A stretch of DNA of 64,000 nt from NCBI GenBank assembly GCA_010909165.1, contig MU008210.1, positions 1 to 64,000 on the forward strand, read 5' to 3'. This DNA is from Anthoceros angustus. Lineage: Eukaryota > Plantae > Anthocerotophyta. The stretch's first letter is position 1; each line of letters opens with the position of its first letter. Below, piece by piece: positions 1 to 11,493 of this stretch. A program made the position numbers and the translations under genes. The notes under the pieces were generated by a model. It had not been told where the DNA came from. It saw only the letters and a program-made list of their open reading frames with translations, and did no database searches.

Positions 1-239
1 CCTAGGAGACTTCTTGAGTGCTTGTGAAGCACTCAACCGTGGATTTGAAGGGGCTAGGGGACCTAGCAGCCTCCTTGTGGGCGTGCCAAGAGGATGAAAG
101 CCCAAGACATGGTGGGAGGCGGGGACTAAATGGCAATTGGAGGCCATGGAGTCCGATGAAAGGCAAAAGCTGGAAAAGGCGTAGAAGCTCCAGCGACCTC
201 ATGGATGGCGCGGCAAAGTCCTAGAGGGAAGGTGTCGCA

Positions 240-900
240 GTGAAGAGAGGGCTATTCGGGCAACCCAGCAGGATTCATGGAGCAGGCGGAGCACTTTGCC
301 CAATTAGAGCAAGAGCGAAAGGGCAAAGCGGAGGCTCTCGGAAGGAGAAGATAGCGGTCCAGCAATTGGAGGCAGTGATGATGGCAAGCCATCAAGATCC
401 GGACATGGAAGAGGAATTGAGGATCGGTTCAATTTGGAGGAGAAGCGCCGGAGCTAGAAGCTCAAGACCCAACTGCAAGAAATGGGCGAGGAGGCGGGAA
501 GAGAAGGAAAAGTTTAAGCAAATGGTGGAACAAAGGAGGTTCCAAGAGGAGGAGCATCACAAGAAGGTGGTGCAGAATCTTTTAGTAAGGAAGCGGCGAT
601 TTTGGGCGGACTGCCCTTGAAAATTGGCTAAAGGAAGTGAGGAGAATGTGACCCTCCATGTCAAGGTGGGGAATTGACCACCTCAAGGGGCGCCTACAAG
701 GTAGGTGTGAAGATGGAGAGTGGCCCACGGAGTTGATGATCTCCAAATGCAATATCATAGCTTGGGGCTCACCTCCACAATAGAATTTTGAAGGCCAACA
801 ACGAAATCTTGCGTTTGGCCAAGAGGAGGACATTGGGTCCTCATGATGATGAGAAAAGGCTGCAGTGCAGCGGAGGCCTCCGATTTTGATGAGGCCATCG
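240..900 (+). pseudogene. Frameshifted LTR-borne ORF of family C, homologous to the family B LTR ORF C-terminal half
   Basis: 765-865 translates GAHLHNRILKANNEILRLAKRRTLGPHDDEKRLQ versus B AAHLHNKVLKATNEL.RL..RRMLGPHDDDREALMQ. Also ENVTLHVK versus ENVALHVK and CEDGEW versus CEHGVW. Confidence 0.7.
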
Positions 901-1891
901 GTGAAATGGACTCAGGGGTCGAGGGTCGGGAGATGAGGAGCGGCCGTGGCGCCAAAGGTGGAAGATGGCGCGAGGCAAGGAGGGGACAGCCCACCCTCAC
1001 GGGGTCAACCTACCACGGTAGGTGACCACCTACCGGTAGTCCGCGGACTACGTGGTGACCACACTCTGGTAGTCCCGGACTAGGGGTGCAGTGCCAGGGC
1101 TGTTGGGGTCGGGCCGAGGCTGGTGAGGATGAAGCCGGGGTCCGTGTATACCCCGAGGAGGCGGTGGGGTGGAGAGACAAAGGAGGGGCGGGACCCGACC
1201 CGTCGAGGAAGGAGGGTGAGGTTCCCTCCCCAGAGGAGAGCAGGGGCGGAGAAGAGGCCAAAAGGGCCGGAGAAGTTAGACATCGGTGACAATTGGGGAG
1301 AAGACTCTTTAAAGATGCTCTATGGTAGGTATGGACAAATCAAGCGAAGGCAAAAGCAATGGAGATCTTGACCGAAGTCCTCACCGATGCGGAGAAAGAA
1401 GGAAAAGGCGGACTACCATGGTAGGTGGTGACCTACCCGATAGTCTGCCGGACTACGCGGTAGGGTGCGATGAGCGGCGCGACCGGGCGGAGGGGCGCCT
1501 GCGCGGGCGCGGTGAAAGGAGGACTTTAGGCGCCGCGAGATGGAGGAAGGCGGTGTACTTGCACATTAGGAAGGCGACAAGATCGGGAAGGGACAGAGAA
1601 AAGGAGGGCGAGGGAGCCAATCCACAAGAGACATGTCACCACCCCAGCAAGATAAGGACTGAGAATGGTCAAAGACCATAAATGATGAGAGGAATAATAG
1701 AAAGGATAGGTGATGTAGACTGACATCCTTTAAGGATGATCTTAGGTGAAGTTGCTAGAATAGAATTTACCAAGGACCAGACAGTAGACTTAGATGCTAG
1801 GTCTTAAATGCTGGCGGTAGGAAATAATAGAAAATTGGAAAAGGTGACCTGCGGTAGGGTCACCTAAGGGAGGTGTATGTGGAAGGCCTCC

Positions 1892-1897
1892 TATAAG
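1892..1897 (+). promoter_or_regulatory. LTR TATA box (family C)
   Basis: CCTCCTATAAGAGGAGG, in the same context as CCTCCCTATAAAAGGAGGGAG in A/B, about 830 bp before the LTR end. Confidence 0.65.
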
Positions 1898-3949
1898 AGG
1901 AGGAGGATTTCACAAAGTAAAGTATCATGTCTTGCGCTTCCACCCTCATCGAGTCCTTTGCCATTCTGGAGGAATTTCGTGCTGTGAGCCAACGCGTCTG
2001 GTAGAGGAAGTCGCGGTGGTCGGAGTGCTTGGTGGAGGACTTGCTCCAAGTGCCTAAGCGAGTTGCTCCCCTTGTGAATGGTTGTTGTGAAATTGCTTTG
2101 CTTTGGGTGTGTGGCGATGCCGAGAACTCGGCTGGAGACCGGGGGAAAGACTCCTGGTGGCGCTCGAGTGGTGTCAAACTCCATAGGCCCAAGGAAGAAC
2201 TTCTTTGGTGGAGGCCAGGCAGGGTTGTGCCGTGAGGCGGTCAAGATGGCCGAGGCGAGGTTAGAATAGGAGGAAGAGGATGAGGAGATGAGAAGATGAG
2301 TAGAGGATTAGAGGTGTAGGTGTTAGTGGAAGGCCACAGGCGAGCCTAAGGGGCCAGATCCCAAAATCTGCAAGTAAAGCGCTCCACAGGTGGAAGAGTG
2401 GTCTTAAGTAGGGACGAAATCGCGGTGTGGATCGGGGGTCACAGGCGCCGTGATAGGCTCCTCGCTCGAGGCGGGACACCAATTGTTTCGTTGTCGTTGA
2501 TTGGCGATTTTTGAGCGGTGCAAGTGGTGCAGTGCTGTAAGAGGAGAGTAGAGGCGCCTTGCTTGAGAAGGCTGAGAAGTTGTGTCTCTGCGGTGTAGCG
2601 ATTGGTGATCACAAGACCTCGAACTTTCACAAGTCTCATGGGAGAAACCCAGCGTCTGGCGGATTGGGATAAGTGTGGCCGCTATAGTGGGAGGACCTCA
2701 GGTGCCCAGGTTTTCCTACCACAGTTAGAACGCTAAGGAGTTACATGGTGCCCCAAAATCGCAATTTTTTCGTTGGGTGTAATGCGTGCCTTGCTCCCGT
2801 CGGCGGATTGCATGCCTCCCTGCATGCGGTTTCCATCTAGGTCCTCGTTTGTTGGACCCCTTCCCTTCCTACTTTGATGAAGCGCCTTCCTCCTCGCTTG
2901 AGATGTTATGCTCCCAATCCTTCCTTCTTCTCTTCTTCCCCGTTCCCCCTTACAGGGTGTCGCCTTCCTCTCGCGCTCCGGCGTTGACGACCCATGGCGG
3001 GGGTTTCACCGCCCGCTATCCATATCCCCAAACCTTCGGGCTCCTCGTCGGCCTCGGAATCCTCCCATACCAGCGCATCTTGACTTGCATCGGCGGCAGC
3101 AGGCTTTCTATGGGTGGGTGCTGCCATAGGAGGTTGAGCAATCCTCATGTTTTTGGTGTCGGCGGTGCAGATCGTGACTGATTGCTTGCAATCACACTGA
3201 CCAAAATCACCATTCCTGGCGAGGCGGAGGGGCAACCAGCAAGATGCGAACCCTCGGCAATTGTAACGAATGGCACTCATCATCACGGGTTTCTTGCCAT
3301 CGATGAATACCCATACCGGTGGGGTTTCGTAAACTTGAGGTATAAGGTCTTTGGGTACCGAGGTGGCGTCGCCTCTTGGATTTTAGTATCTTCCAAGCAC
3401 ATCTCTTCCTCGTCCTCCTCGTAGCCCTGTTGCACTTGTTTGAGGGCAGTTACCTCGAGTGTCCCTGCATCAAGTTGAGCGAAGAGGTTCGCAGCTCCAA
3501 CCCTTCTCCTATCGTGGTCCTTGATGGCATTAAGATGGAGTTTCTCGGTTTGACCATCATTTCCTCCATCTTGTTCCCTTGTTGCTCCACCTTTTTTGGC
3601 TGTTTCCACCTCTCTTCTCACACTGCTCCGCGTCCTTCCTTGCATATAGCAGCTCCTTCCCTCTAGCACGGCGTCTTGTTTCCCATTTTTCCCCCTCCTT
3701 TTATCCCTTGGCGCTCATCTCGCAGACGAATCTTCCTCCGAATCCTCGCTGGTCTCTTCTTTGGAACTACGAGTCTGAAAACTATCTTCTCCAGCTGTCG
3801 CCGGAGGACGAATAGTACTTCTTCTTCTTCTTGTATTTCTTCTTGTCCTTCCGTGCGCCCTTGTTCGATTTCTTTCTTCGCATTGGACTCCTCATAGTTC
3901 AGGCGGCTTTTTCGATCCAAATCTTTCGGCTGGGCCGTACGCGTCTTCC

Positions 3950-4305
3950 CCATCCGCGGACCTCTTGCAAACCAGCGGATGGCCATTAGCTCAGTGAGCG
4001 GGACCACCGGTCCCTATGGAACCTTTCCACATAAGCTGCGGTCTCCTTCTTCCCTCTCGCAATCCCTCGAGTTTGGGGACATACCCTTCCACATCGATCT
4101 GAACCTTTCACAAAAGCTCTCTTCAAGGCCCCAAGGTAGGCTGGGGTGTGGAAGAAGCTATGTACTCCGCTTGTACCACTTGGCGCGCTCGCGTAAGACC
4201 CCATAAAGCATTTGGGCACGTTGCATCCTCACGGTTGTGGCGTCATTGCTCAAAAGCAGCTACAAACTCGTCGGGATCCTCATGGCCCTTCTTTTCTCCA
4301 TACAG
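3950..4305 (-). pseudogene. gag: Retrotransposon gag (capsid-like) remnant, family D
   Basis: YGEKKGHEDPDEFVAAFEQ...LRERAKWY...LKRAFV...ETAAYVERF...WFARG across frameshifts, parallel to the B gag FGEKQRGEDAQAFVQTFEH. Confidence 0.7.
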
Positions 4306-4745
4306 GTAAGATTGCTTAGTAGTAACAAGCAGATCTTGGCCATAACTACCGTGGTAGTACTTTCAGCATTGTGAGTTTGGCGCCACTAAATGGGTGACCT
4401 CCACATTCACAGTTTATTTGGACGCGGTGATCTAGGCAATGGAGCGATCAAAAGGCAGGGTGGGATCGGGGTACCTGGCCCCTTGTACCGTTTCGTAGTC
4501 GAGGTTGGGAATCGATCCGATGATCCGATCCCTAGTTCGAGTCGACTCCTCTTCCTCGTCCGGTAGTGTGACCTCCGCCTGCGCCCTCCTCGTAACTCTC
4601 TGCAACCTTTCCGCTGCTTGGCGTTGTCGCTTTAAGCGTTTCCCCAGACCAGTCGCTTGTCTTCACACGAGGCATCCATCTATCAATCTAGTAATGCTAG
4701 ACTCTACTTAAGCTATGGTTAGTTCTACCTCGTCCTTGACGATTC

Positions 4746-4761
4746 ATTCCCGGCAGCGCCA
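4746..4761 (-). other. Primer-binding site, tRNA-Asp-like (family D)
   Basis: Minus strand: LTR end CCACA + TTT + TGGCGCTGCCGGGAAT. Resembles the Athila tRNA-Asp PBS TGGCGCCGTTGCCGGG. Confidence 0.75.
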
Positions 4762-4764
4762 AAA

Positions 4765-6337
4765 TGTGGAGTGTAACTCGTGTCACGACAGTGAGGTCAC
4801 ATTCACCCTCAATGTCGTTGTAGGCGGATTCGCTCCCAAGGGAATGGTTTGTGCCGAGCGCTATCTTCTATCACTACCGACCTTTGCCTAAGTCGGGCTT
4901 ACACTGCCACTCTCTCACCTATCTACTCAACTACTACCTCCGTCTTGTCCAACTACTACGGATCTCTCCCGACCTCGTTTCCCGTTCTACTACCGGATCC
5001 GCACCACTACCGGTGGTGATGCGACCACCGGTGGGTCCCACACCAAACCCTAGCGATTATTTCGGGCGATCTTTGATGCAGTTGTCTCCACCGTATCGGA
5101 TATTCTACCCCACTGCGGCCGATTCACACCAGATTCCTAGGCCTCCTACCTCAATCCACACATACACACACAAAGGCGCCACCACCTTATTTCTCCGGAA
5201 CCACGTTCCCCATGCACTTCCTTGTGACACCGGCTCAATTGCGATTCTTACACACAATTACCTTTCTCCATTTCTTCTCTTCCTTTTCCCTCGACTCGCC
5301 AGCATCTGGTATAATCTCCTTCCCCGATCTCTCCTCTCTCTCTCTCTCGATTCGCCCTTGGCATCCACTCCTCACACACACCCTCAATTTGACACAACTA
5401 GCGAAAAGGCGAAGGGAGAACCCCGCGTCTGGCGGCGTTACAGCAAGCTCTAGACCCGCCCGCGCCAATCCCTTGGTTTCCCTCCCTTGTCGGCAAGGCG
5501 CCCGATCGCCCTTTCCTCCTCCGGTGCGGAGCAAGCTCTCGACCATTCCTAGGGCGTCTACACGCCTCCGTTAATTGGGCGTCTCCAACCAGCCACGAGG
5601 CGTGGGGATCTCAACGAGTTATTTGCGTGAGGCATAATTCGCCCCTCTTATACATCGGCGCCATGCCCCGGATTTTAGGTCCTAAGATGGCTATCATGAA
5701 GGCCGCCCACAATTCGGGCGATCCTAGGTCGATCGACATCTAACCAAATTCTATCCTTAGGATGCTATCACCTTTCGCCCTCGCTAGCGCCCTACCTCGA
5801 CTTGGCGCTGGCCCTCGTCCTCCATTGCCGCCCACGAGCTCTCACCTTGCCCGGCCCGGTACGGGTTTTCCCACAATACTTCCACCTCACATCCTTCTTT
5901 GGCGTCCTAATTTGAGGTGTACCTTACAGCATCTTCCGCTTGCCGCCTATTCTTTGAGGATTATTCTCGGTTCCTCGTCCACCCAAGCACGGACCTCCTC
6001 CTCCTCAACTCCTCCAAAGTCGCCTCCGCGCATAATAGGGGCCAACCCCACACTCGGGCGATGGTAGAAGTATGCGCCGGGTCCTCACTTGCAATGGGTA
6101 GGCCACAGTCCCTCCTATTTCCACACGCACATGGGCGGTGAGGTTAAGCGTTCTCCATTCACATATAGACCCGGGAACATAAGTTTCCTCATCCATGTGC
6201 CGCAATATAATAGGACCTCAATTGTGAGGTGCTTACCCCTCCTCCGTGAGCTACACAGTTGCACAGTCCATGTCCTTCTTGAGTGCAGCGTCGCGTCTGT
6301 CGCTCCGCTCATATAACCCGGAGTTGGAGTGCGCCAA
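4765..6337 (-). mobile_element. Family D 5' LTR, 3' portion (U5/R/promoter), truncated by element A
   Basis: CA terminus adjacent to the PBS. Minus-strand TATAAGAGGGG at ~5641-5653 and GGTGATAG...GATAGAATTT at ~5745-5772. Confidence 0.65.
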
Positions 6338-9300
6338 TGTCGGTGGTACAGGAGGAAAACCCGGGGCTTAGAGATTCACCCTCTAGTGGCCACACTTATC
6401 CCTGTCGCTAAGTACAATAGGTTTCGTCCCATGAGACTCTTGTTTGTCGGTCACCACATCAAGGCACAAACCACCGCCTCTTCACACCCCAAGCTCCCTC
6501 ACACAGTGGAGCAACTTCAACTCACTCCACAGACGGCACGCCTCACCATCTTTGCTCGTCAATCACCGCTTCTAGACCTACAACGACACCCCTACGACTA
6601 TAGGTCCACACCCCACGGCGGTGGGTCGGTGACTACGCGTAGGGACCCCCTACGTTGCAGCGACTTCACCACCCGTGATCGTCCACTATTCCTTTCCCAT
6701 CGCCTTCCCACAATTGGCACACCCTCAACCACCAACTCGGCGCGCCACTCCCTTGCTCGTCAATCACCGCTTCTAGACCTACAACGACATCCTACGATCG
6801 TGGGTCCCACCCTGAGTAGGTCCACCGTCACGCGTAGGGACCCCCTCGGTAGCGGACTTCTCCACCCGTGATTTTGAGACCTTAGCCCGGCTTCCGGTCT
6901 CGGTTTGGTGCATTTGGGACCCTCCCTTAGGCTCGACTTGGGCCTTCTTCTTACTCCTAATCTCTACCTACTCCTCTACTCAACATTCAGCTCCACATTC
7001 TCCTCAACATACACTCACCTCAACTCAACTCCTCATCCTCCTAATCTAACCTTACTTCAAGCTCCAGCCCTAGCTCGCCCTTACGGCTGGCTGGGTCGCC
7101 TACAAGCCAACAAGTTCTTCCTTGGGCGGGTTGCTATGAGTTTGCACAGACGAGAACCTCCGAGTCTTTCCCTGTAGTCTACCCTCAAGCCGAGAGTTCC
7201 TTGGGCATCGCCACACACCCAAGCAAAGCAATTTCACGGAACCATTCACAAGGAGCAACTGCGGGCGCCCGCAAGGAGCGAGCTCTCCGCCAAGCACTCC
7301 GGCCACCGCAAACTCCCTCTCTACCAGACCCTTCGTTAGCTTGCGGCCCGGCACGAACTTCCTTCACAAGGAGCAAAGGACTCGCGGTAGGGAGCGCAAG
7401 ACGATAATTTTACTTCACAAGCTCCCTCCTTTTATAGGGAGGTCCTCACATCTGACCTCCTGGCGCCCTCCCCAGCCGCCTCACTCCTTATTTTAGTGTA
7501 TCCTCACTTTAAGTTCGACATCCAAGCATCTTGGGTAAAATTCTATTCTAGCAAATTCACCTGTGAGCCTTAATGGCTCATCAACATTCCTATCTAGCTA
7601 GTCAACACACCCTCTTGGGTTGACAAGCATTAATACTGTCCTCCTCTAAAGAAAAGTCTCCCCAAGCAATGAGCCCACTCCAAGCTACCACCAACCTCTT
7701 CAATTACCTCTAGATGTCTGCACCGCCGGTGATCCTACGGATGTAGGGCCACCCTCTACACCTCCTACGGACGTGGGTCACTTCTTATGGCCCTACCGCC
7801 TCCACTCTCCACCAAGAAGGTCTCCCGTGGCGGATCTTGCTCCATGCCTTCCTCTTCCTCCTCCGAGTCATCCTCTCGGCCTTCCATATACCGCCGGATG
7901 TGTTGGGCTCTTCCCACAGCTCCCTAGCAACCAACTTGCCCTTCTTAGGTGCAGCGCTTTCACCATCTTGTACCTTCAAAATAAGCGCACAAACAAGACA
8001 AGCTTGGGCACGCCCACGTGCTCGTTTCCACCTAGTTGTCACCTCGGTCTACACACAATTGAGATTTCTTCACTCGCCACACAAAAATCCACCAAGAGAG
8101 CAACTTCCTTTTCCACTTACTTCCTCTTCACTCCACAGTCCCACCTAGCTCAAACTTGATGTCCTCACAACATACACCTCCTTATGCCCAAATCCCTCAC
8201 TTGCAAGGTCCTAGGCACACACACAAAAATCAGCGCCCTTGCTCTTCCATGTGCTTCAAATCCCACACACAACTCCTTATGCACACCTCCTTCTCCTTGC
8301 ACACACACAGGCTCGCGTTCCCACCAAGTCCTTGCTCTAGCTTTCCTGCATGCACAAGCTCTTTCTTCCCATGACTTCCTAGGTGCCACTCCTACACACC
8401 CCGTCCTTGCCCTAGCTTTGCATGCACAACTCTTGTGCAATTCCTCATGCTTCCTAGGTGCCACTCCCTACTTGCATGGCCACACCCTACACTACCACCC
8501 ACATATTTATGTGCTATTATTCCTAATATATCCTATTTATCCACAACCTTGCCTATCTGCCCTCTTTAGCAACTTCCTAGGTTTGTACACACTTGTATCC
8601 AAGTAGGGTGTCCCCTCACCCACGTGGGAGACCTCACCACTCCTACGGTGGGAGACACTCTCATCCTACCTATCTACCTACCTAACTAATGCCCGTAGGG
8701 AGCCCACCCTACATCCTACGCATCTCATCTACTTGTTCCCTACCTTGTTCCCTACCTCGGTAGGGACGTTCTTATGGACACGCATCCTACCCATATACAT
8801 GAATACATGAATACATGAATACATACATACATACATGTGCACCTCCTTCACAAGCTCCCTCCGTGGTGCACCTCCCTCCGTGGTGCACCTCCCTCCCTCG
8901 GTGGGAGTGCCATGCCCTCGTCCACTACCATCCTACGGATGTAGGGCCACCCTCGTGCCCTTTTGACACCCTATACCTTCTTGTCCATGTGAGCCTTAAT
9001 GGCTCATCAACATTCCTATCTAGCTAGTCAACACACCCTCGGGTTGACAAGCATTAATACTGTCCTCCTCTAAAGAAAAGTCTCCCCAAGCAATGAGCCC
9101 ACGCTCCAAGCTACCACCACCTCTTCAATTACCTCTAGATGCCGTCGCATGCTGGTGATCCCTACGGATGTAGGGCCACCCTCTACACCTCCTACGGACG
9201 TAGGGTCACTTCTTATGGCCCTCGCCTCCACTCTCCTTTGCAAGAAGGTCTCCCGTGAGCGGATCTTGCTCCATGCCTTCCTCTTCCTCCTCCGAGTCAT

Positions 9301-11478
9301 CCTCCTTCCATATACACCCGGATGTGTTGGGCTCTTCCCAGCAACCAACTTGCCCTTCTTAGGTGCGGCGCTTTCACCATCTTGTACCTTCAAAATAAGC
9401 GCACAAACAAGACAAGCTTGGGCACGCCCATGCTCGTTTCCACCTAGTTGTCACCTCGGTCTACACACAATTGCGAGATTTCTTCACTCGCCACAAGATC
9501 CACCAGAGAGCAACTTTTCCACTTACTTCCTCTTCACTCCACAGTCCCACCTAGCTCAAACTTGATGTCCTCACATACACCTCCTTACGCCCAAATCCCT
9601 CACTTGCAAGGTCCTAGGCACACAAAATTCAGCGCCCTTGCTCTCTTCAGTTGTGCAAATCCCTTCACACACAACTCCTTGCACGCACACCTCCTTCTCC
9701 TTGCACACACACAGGCTCGCGTTCCCACCAAGTCCTTGCTCTAGCTTTCCTGCACAAGCTCTTAGTGCAATTCCTCGCAGCTCCTAGGTGCCACTCCCTA
9801 CACACCGCGCCTTGCCCTAGCATGCACAACTCTTTGATTCCATTCCTAGGTGCCACTCCCTACACACCCGCTTGCATGGCCACACCCTACACTACCTACC
9901 CACATATTTATTATTATTATTCCTAATATATCCTATTTATCCACAACCTTGCCTATGCCCTCTTTAGCAACTTCCTAGGTTTGTACCTGCCTTGTATCCA
10001 AGTAGGGTGTCGCACCCCACCTCCGCTGCCCACGTAGGGAGACCTCACCACTCCTACGGTAGGGAGACACTCTCATCCTACCTATCGACCTACCTAACTA
10101 ATGCCCGTAGGGAGCCCCTGCTACCCTACATCCTACCCGCATCTCTGTCCCCTACTTGTTCCCTACCTTGTTCCCTACCTCGGTAGGGACAGTGCCCCTA
10201 CTTATGGACACGCACCGTCCTACCCATATACATGAATACATGAATACATGAATACATACATACATAGAGTGCACCTCCCTTCACCTGCTCCGCGTAGGGT
10301 GCACCTCCCTCCGTAGGGTGCACCTCCCTCCCTACAGTAGGGAGTGCCATGCCCTTCGTCCACTACCATCCTACGTGCCATCCTCTCATTCTACCCTCAG
10401 CCTGACACCCTATACGCTCTTCTGTCCATGTAGGAGCCCCTCCATTCTTGTAGGGCCAACTATCACCCTACACCTACCCTAGGGCTCTCATGTGACTTCT
10501 GCAAATATAATAAGTTGAAACACCTCACACAAAAGGTGCCCCATCCGTCTTGATCCACCCCTAGGACGCTTAACTGGAGTTCTTACATTCATTGTCCAAC
10601 ACACCCAATTGGCTTGTGCATAACACTCATCAAGAATAAAATGAACTTATCCTCGGTGAACTTCTCACGCCTCACAACATCTCGTACCAACCCTCCTTGC
10701 TATCCATTTCTCCTCGCGGCCACCACAACGGCCTCCCTTCACTTTGACTTGCAGCCCCACGCAAATTCCGCCGTCATGATGCACCCGTTGTGATCCCTTC
10801 ACCATGTTGCAACACACGCCTTCTATGGTTTGGCCACACCTCCATCTTGCAGCCCCACTACAAATTCAGCTGCCGTGAGTGCTCTACCACGGCCTTTCCT
10901 AGTTCAATACGCCATCCTCACATCGTGACTCCATTGAAAACTTCCATGTGCCTCGGCACCGCCATGGCCTCCTCTTGCAACCCTTGTGGCTGCTCACCTC
11001 AACATGAGCTCCTCGCTCCCATCCTTGCACCAATTCTTGCTCCTCTCGCATCTTGAGCTCCCAACCGAGAGATCTGCACAATTCCACCATTACGGGCACT
11101 TGGCCCATCTTCCTGCAACCTTGCCACACATCTCTACCTAGCAGTCCTCCTTCTTGCAAAATCTCAGCAATATGAGCACGCCCATGTCTCACTTCTTCCA
11201 CACATGTGGCAAATTACTTTGCCTTCCCCTCAAACTTGGTGGTGGTCCCCAATAATCGGGCCTTTGCCTCTGCAAGCCTATCAACGGCTGCAGCAACCTC
11301 AAGCTACTTCCTTGGCTTAATTGCCTTCACCCTCTACTCCTCATTCTCCAACAAATTGCCTCAAGATCTTGACAATTCTCTTCCACTTCACTTCAATTCT
11401 CTCTTCGCTCCTCTAGTTTTGCTCTAGTTTGATCCTTTTGATCCAAAAGTAGGAGTGCCCAAACTTTCATATTCCACA
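6338..11478 (-). repeat. Family A 3' LTR (about 3.7 kb after removing a ~1.43 kb internal duplication)
   Basis: Starts TGTGGAATATGAAAG directly after the PPT. TATA at ~7430-7436. Colinear with 15402-20470. Confidence 0.8.
8798..8836. repeat. (CATGAATA)3(CATA)n compound microsatellite in family A U3 (also ~10231, ~18045, ~19216)
   Basis: Read directly; four copies. Confidence 0.9.
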
Positions 11479-11493
11479 TACTCCCCACCTCAC
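11479..11493 (-). other. Polypurine tract, family A (repeated at ~12940 and ~14066 by duplication)
   Basis: Minus strand GTGAGGTGGGGAGTA immediately before the LTR TGTGG. Confidence 0.75.

Larger units (their letters stand above)
1..2723 (+). mobile_element. Family C Ty3/Gypsy LTR, 3' part (5' end outside window), acting as a 3' or solo LTR
   Basis: Ends ...GGTTTTCCTACCACA at 2723, homologous to the LTR 3' ends of families A and B (GGTTTTCCTCCCACA). Shares the AAGTCTCATGGGA and ATAAGTGTGGCC U5 motifs and the TATA context. No PBS follows. Confidence 0.8.
2724..4764 (-). mobile_element. Family D internal region (leader + gag remnant), interrupted by the family C LTR
   Basis: Begins at a PBS next to an LTR end (4765) and contains a gag-like segment. 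No pol domain is seen before 2724. Confidence 0.7.

Noticed and set aside
2906-3669. Host gene in the ORFs at 2906-3669
   Set aside because: The ORFs lie directly downstream of the D gag on the same strand, so they are most simply the degraded gag C-terminus/spacer. No recognisable domain or splice structure.
6325-6345. Target-site duplications for elements A, B1 and B2
   Set aside because: Termini at 6338, 20470, 20954 and 42615 are degraded and no matching 4-6 bp direct repeats can be read.
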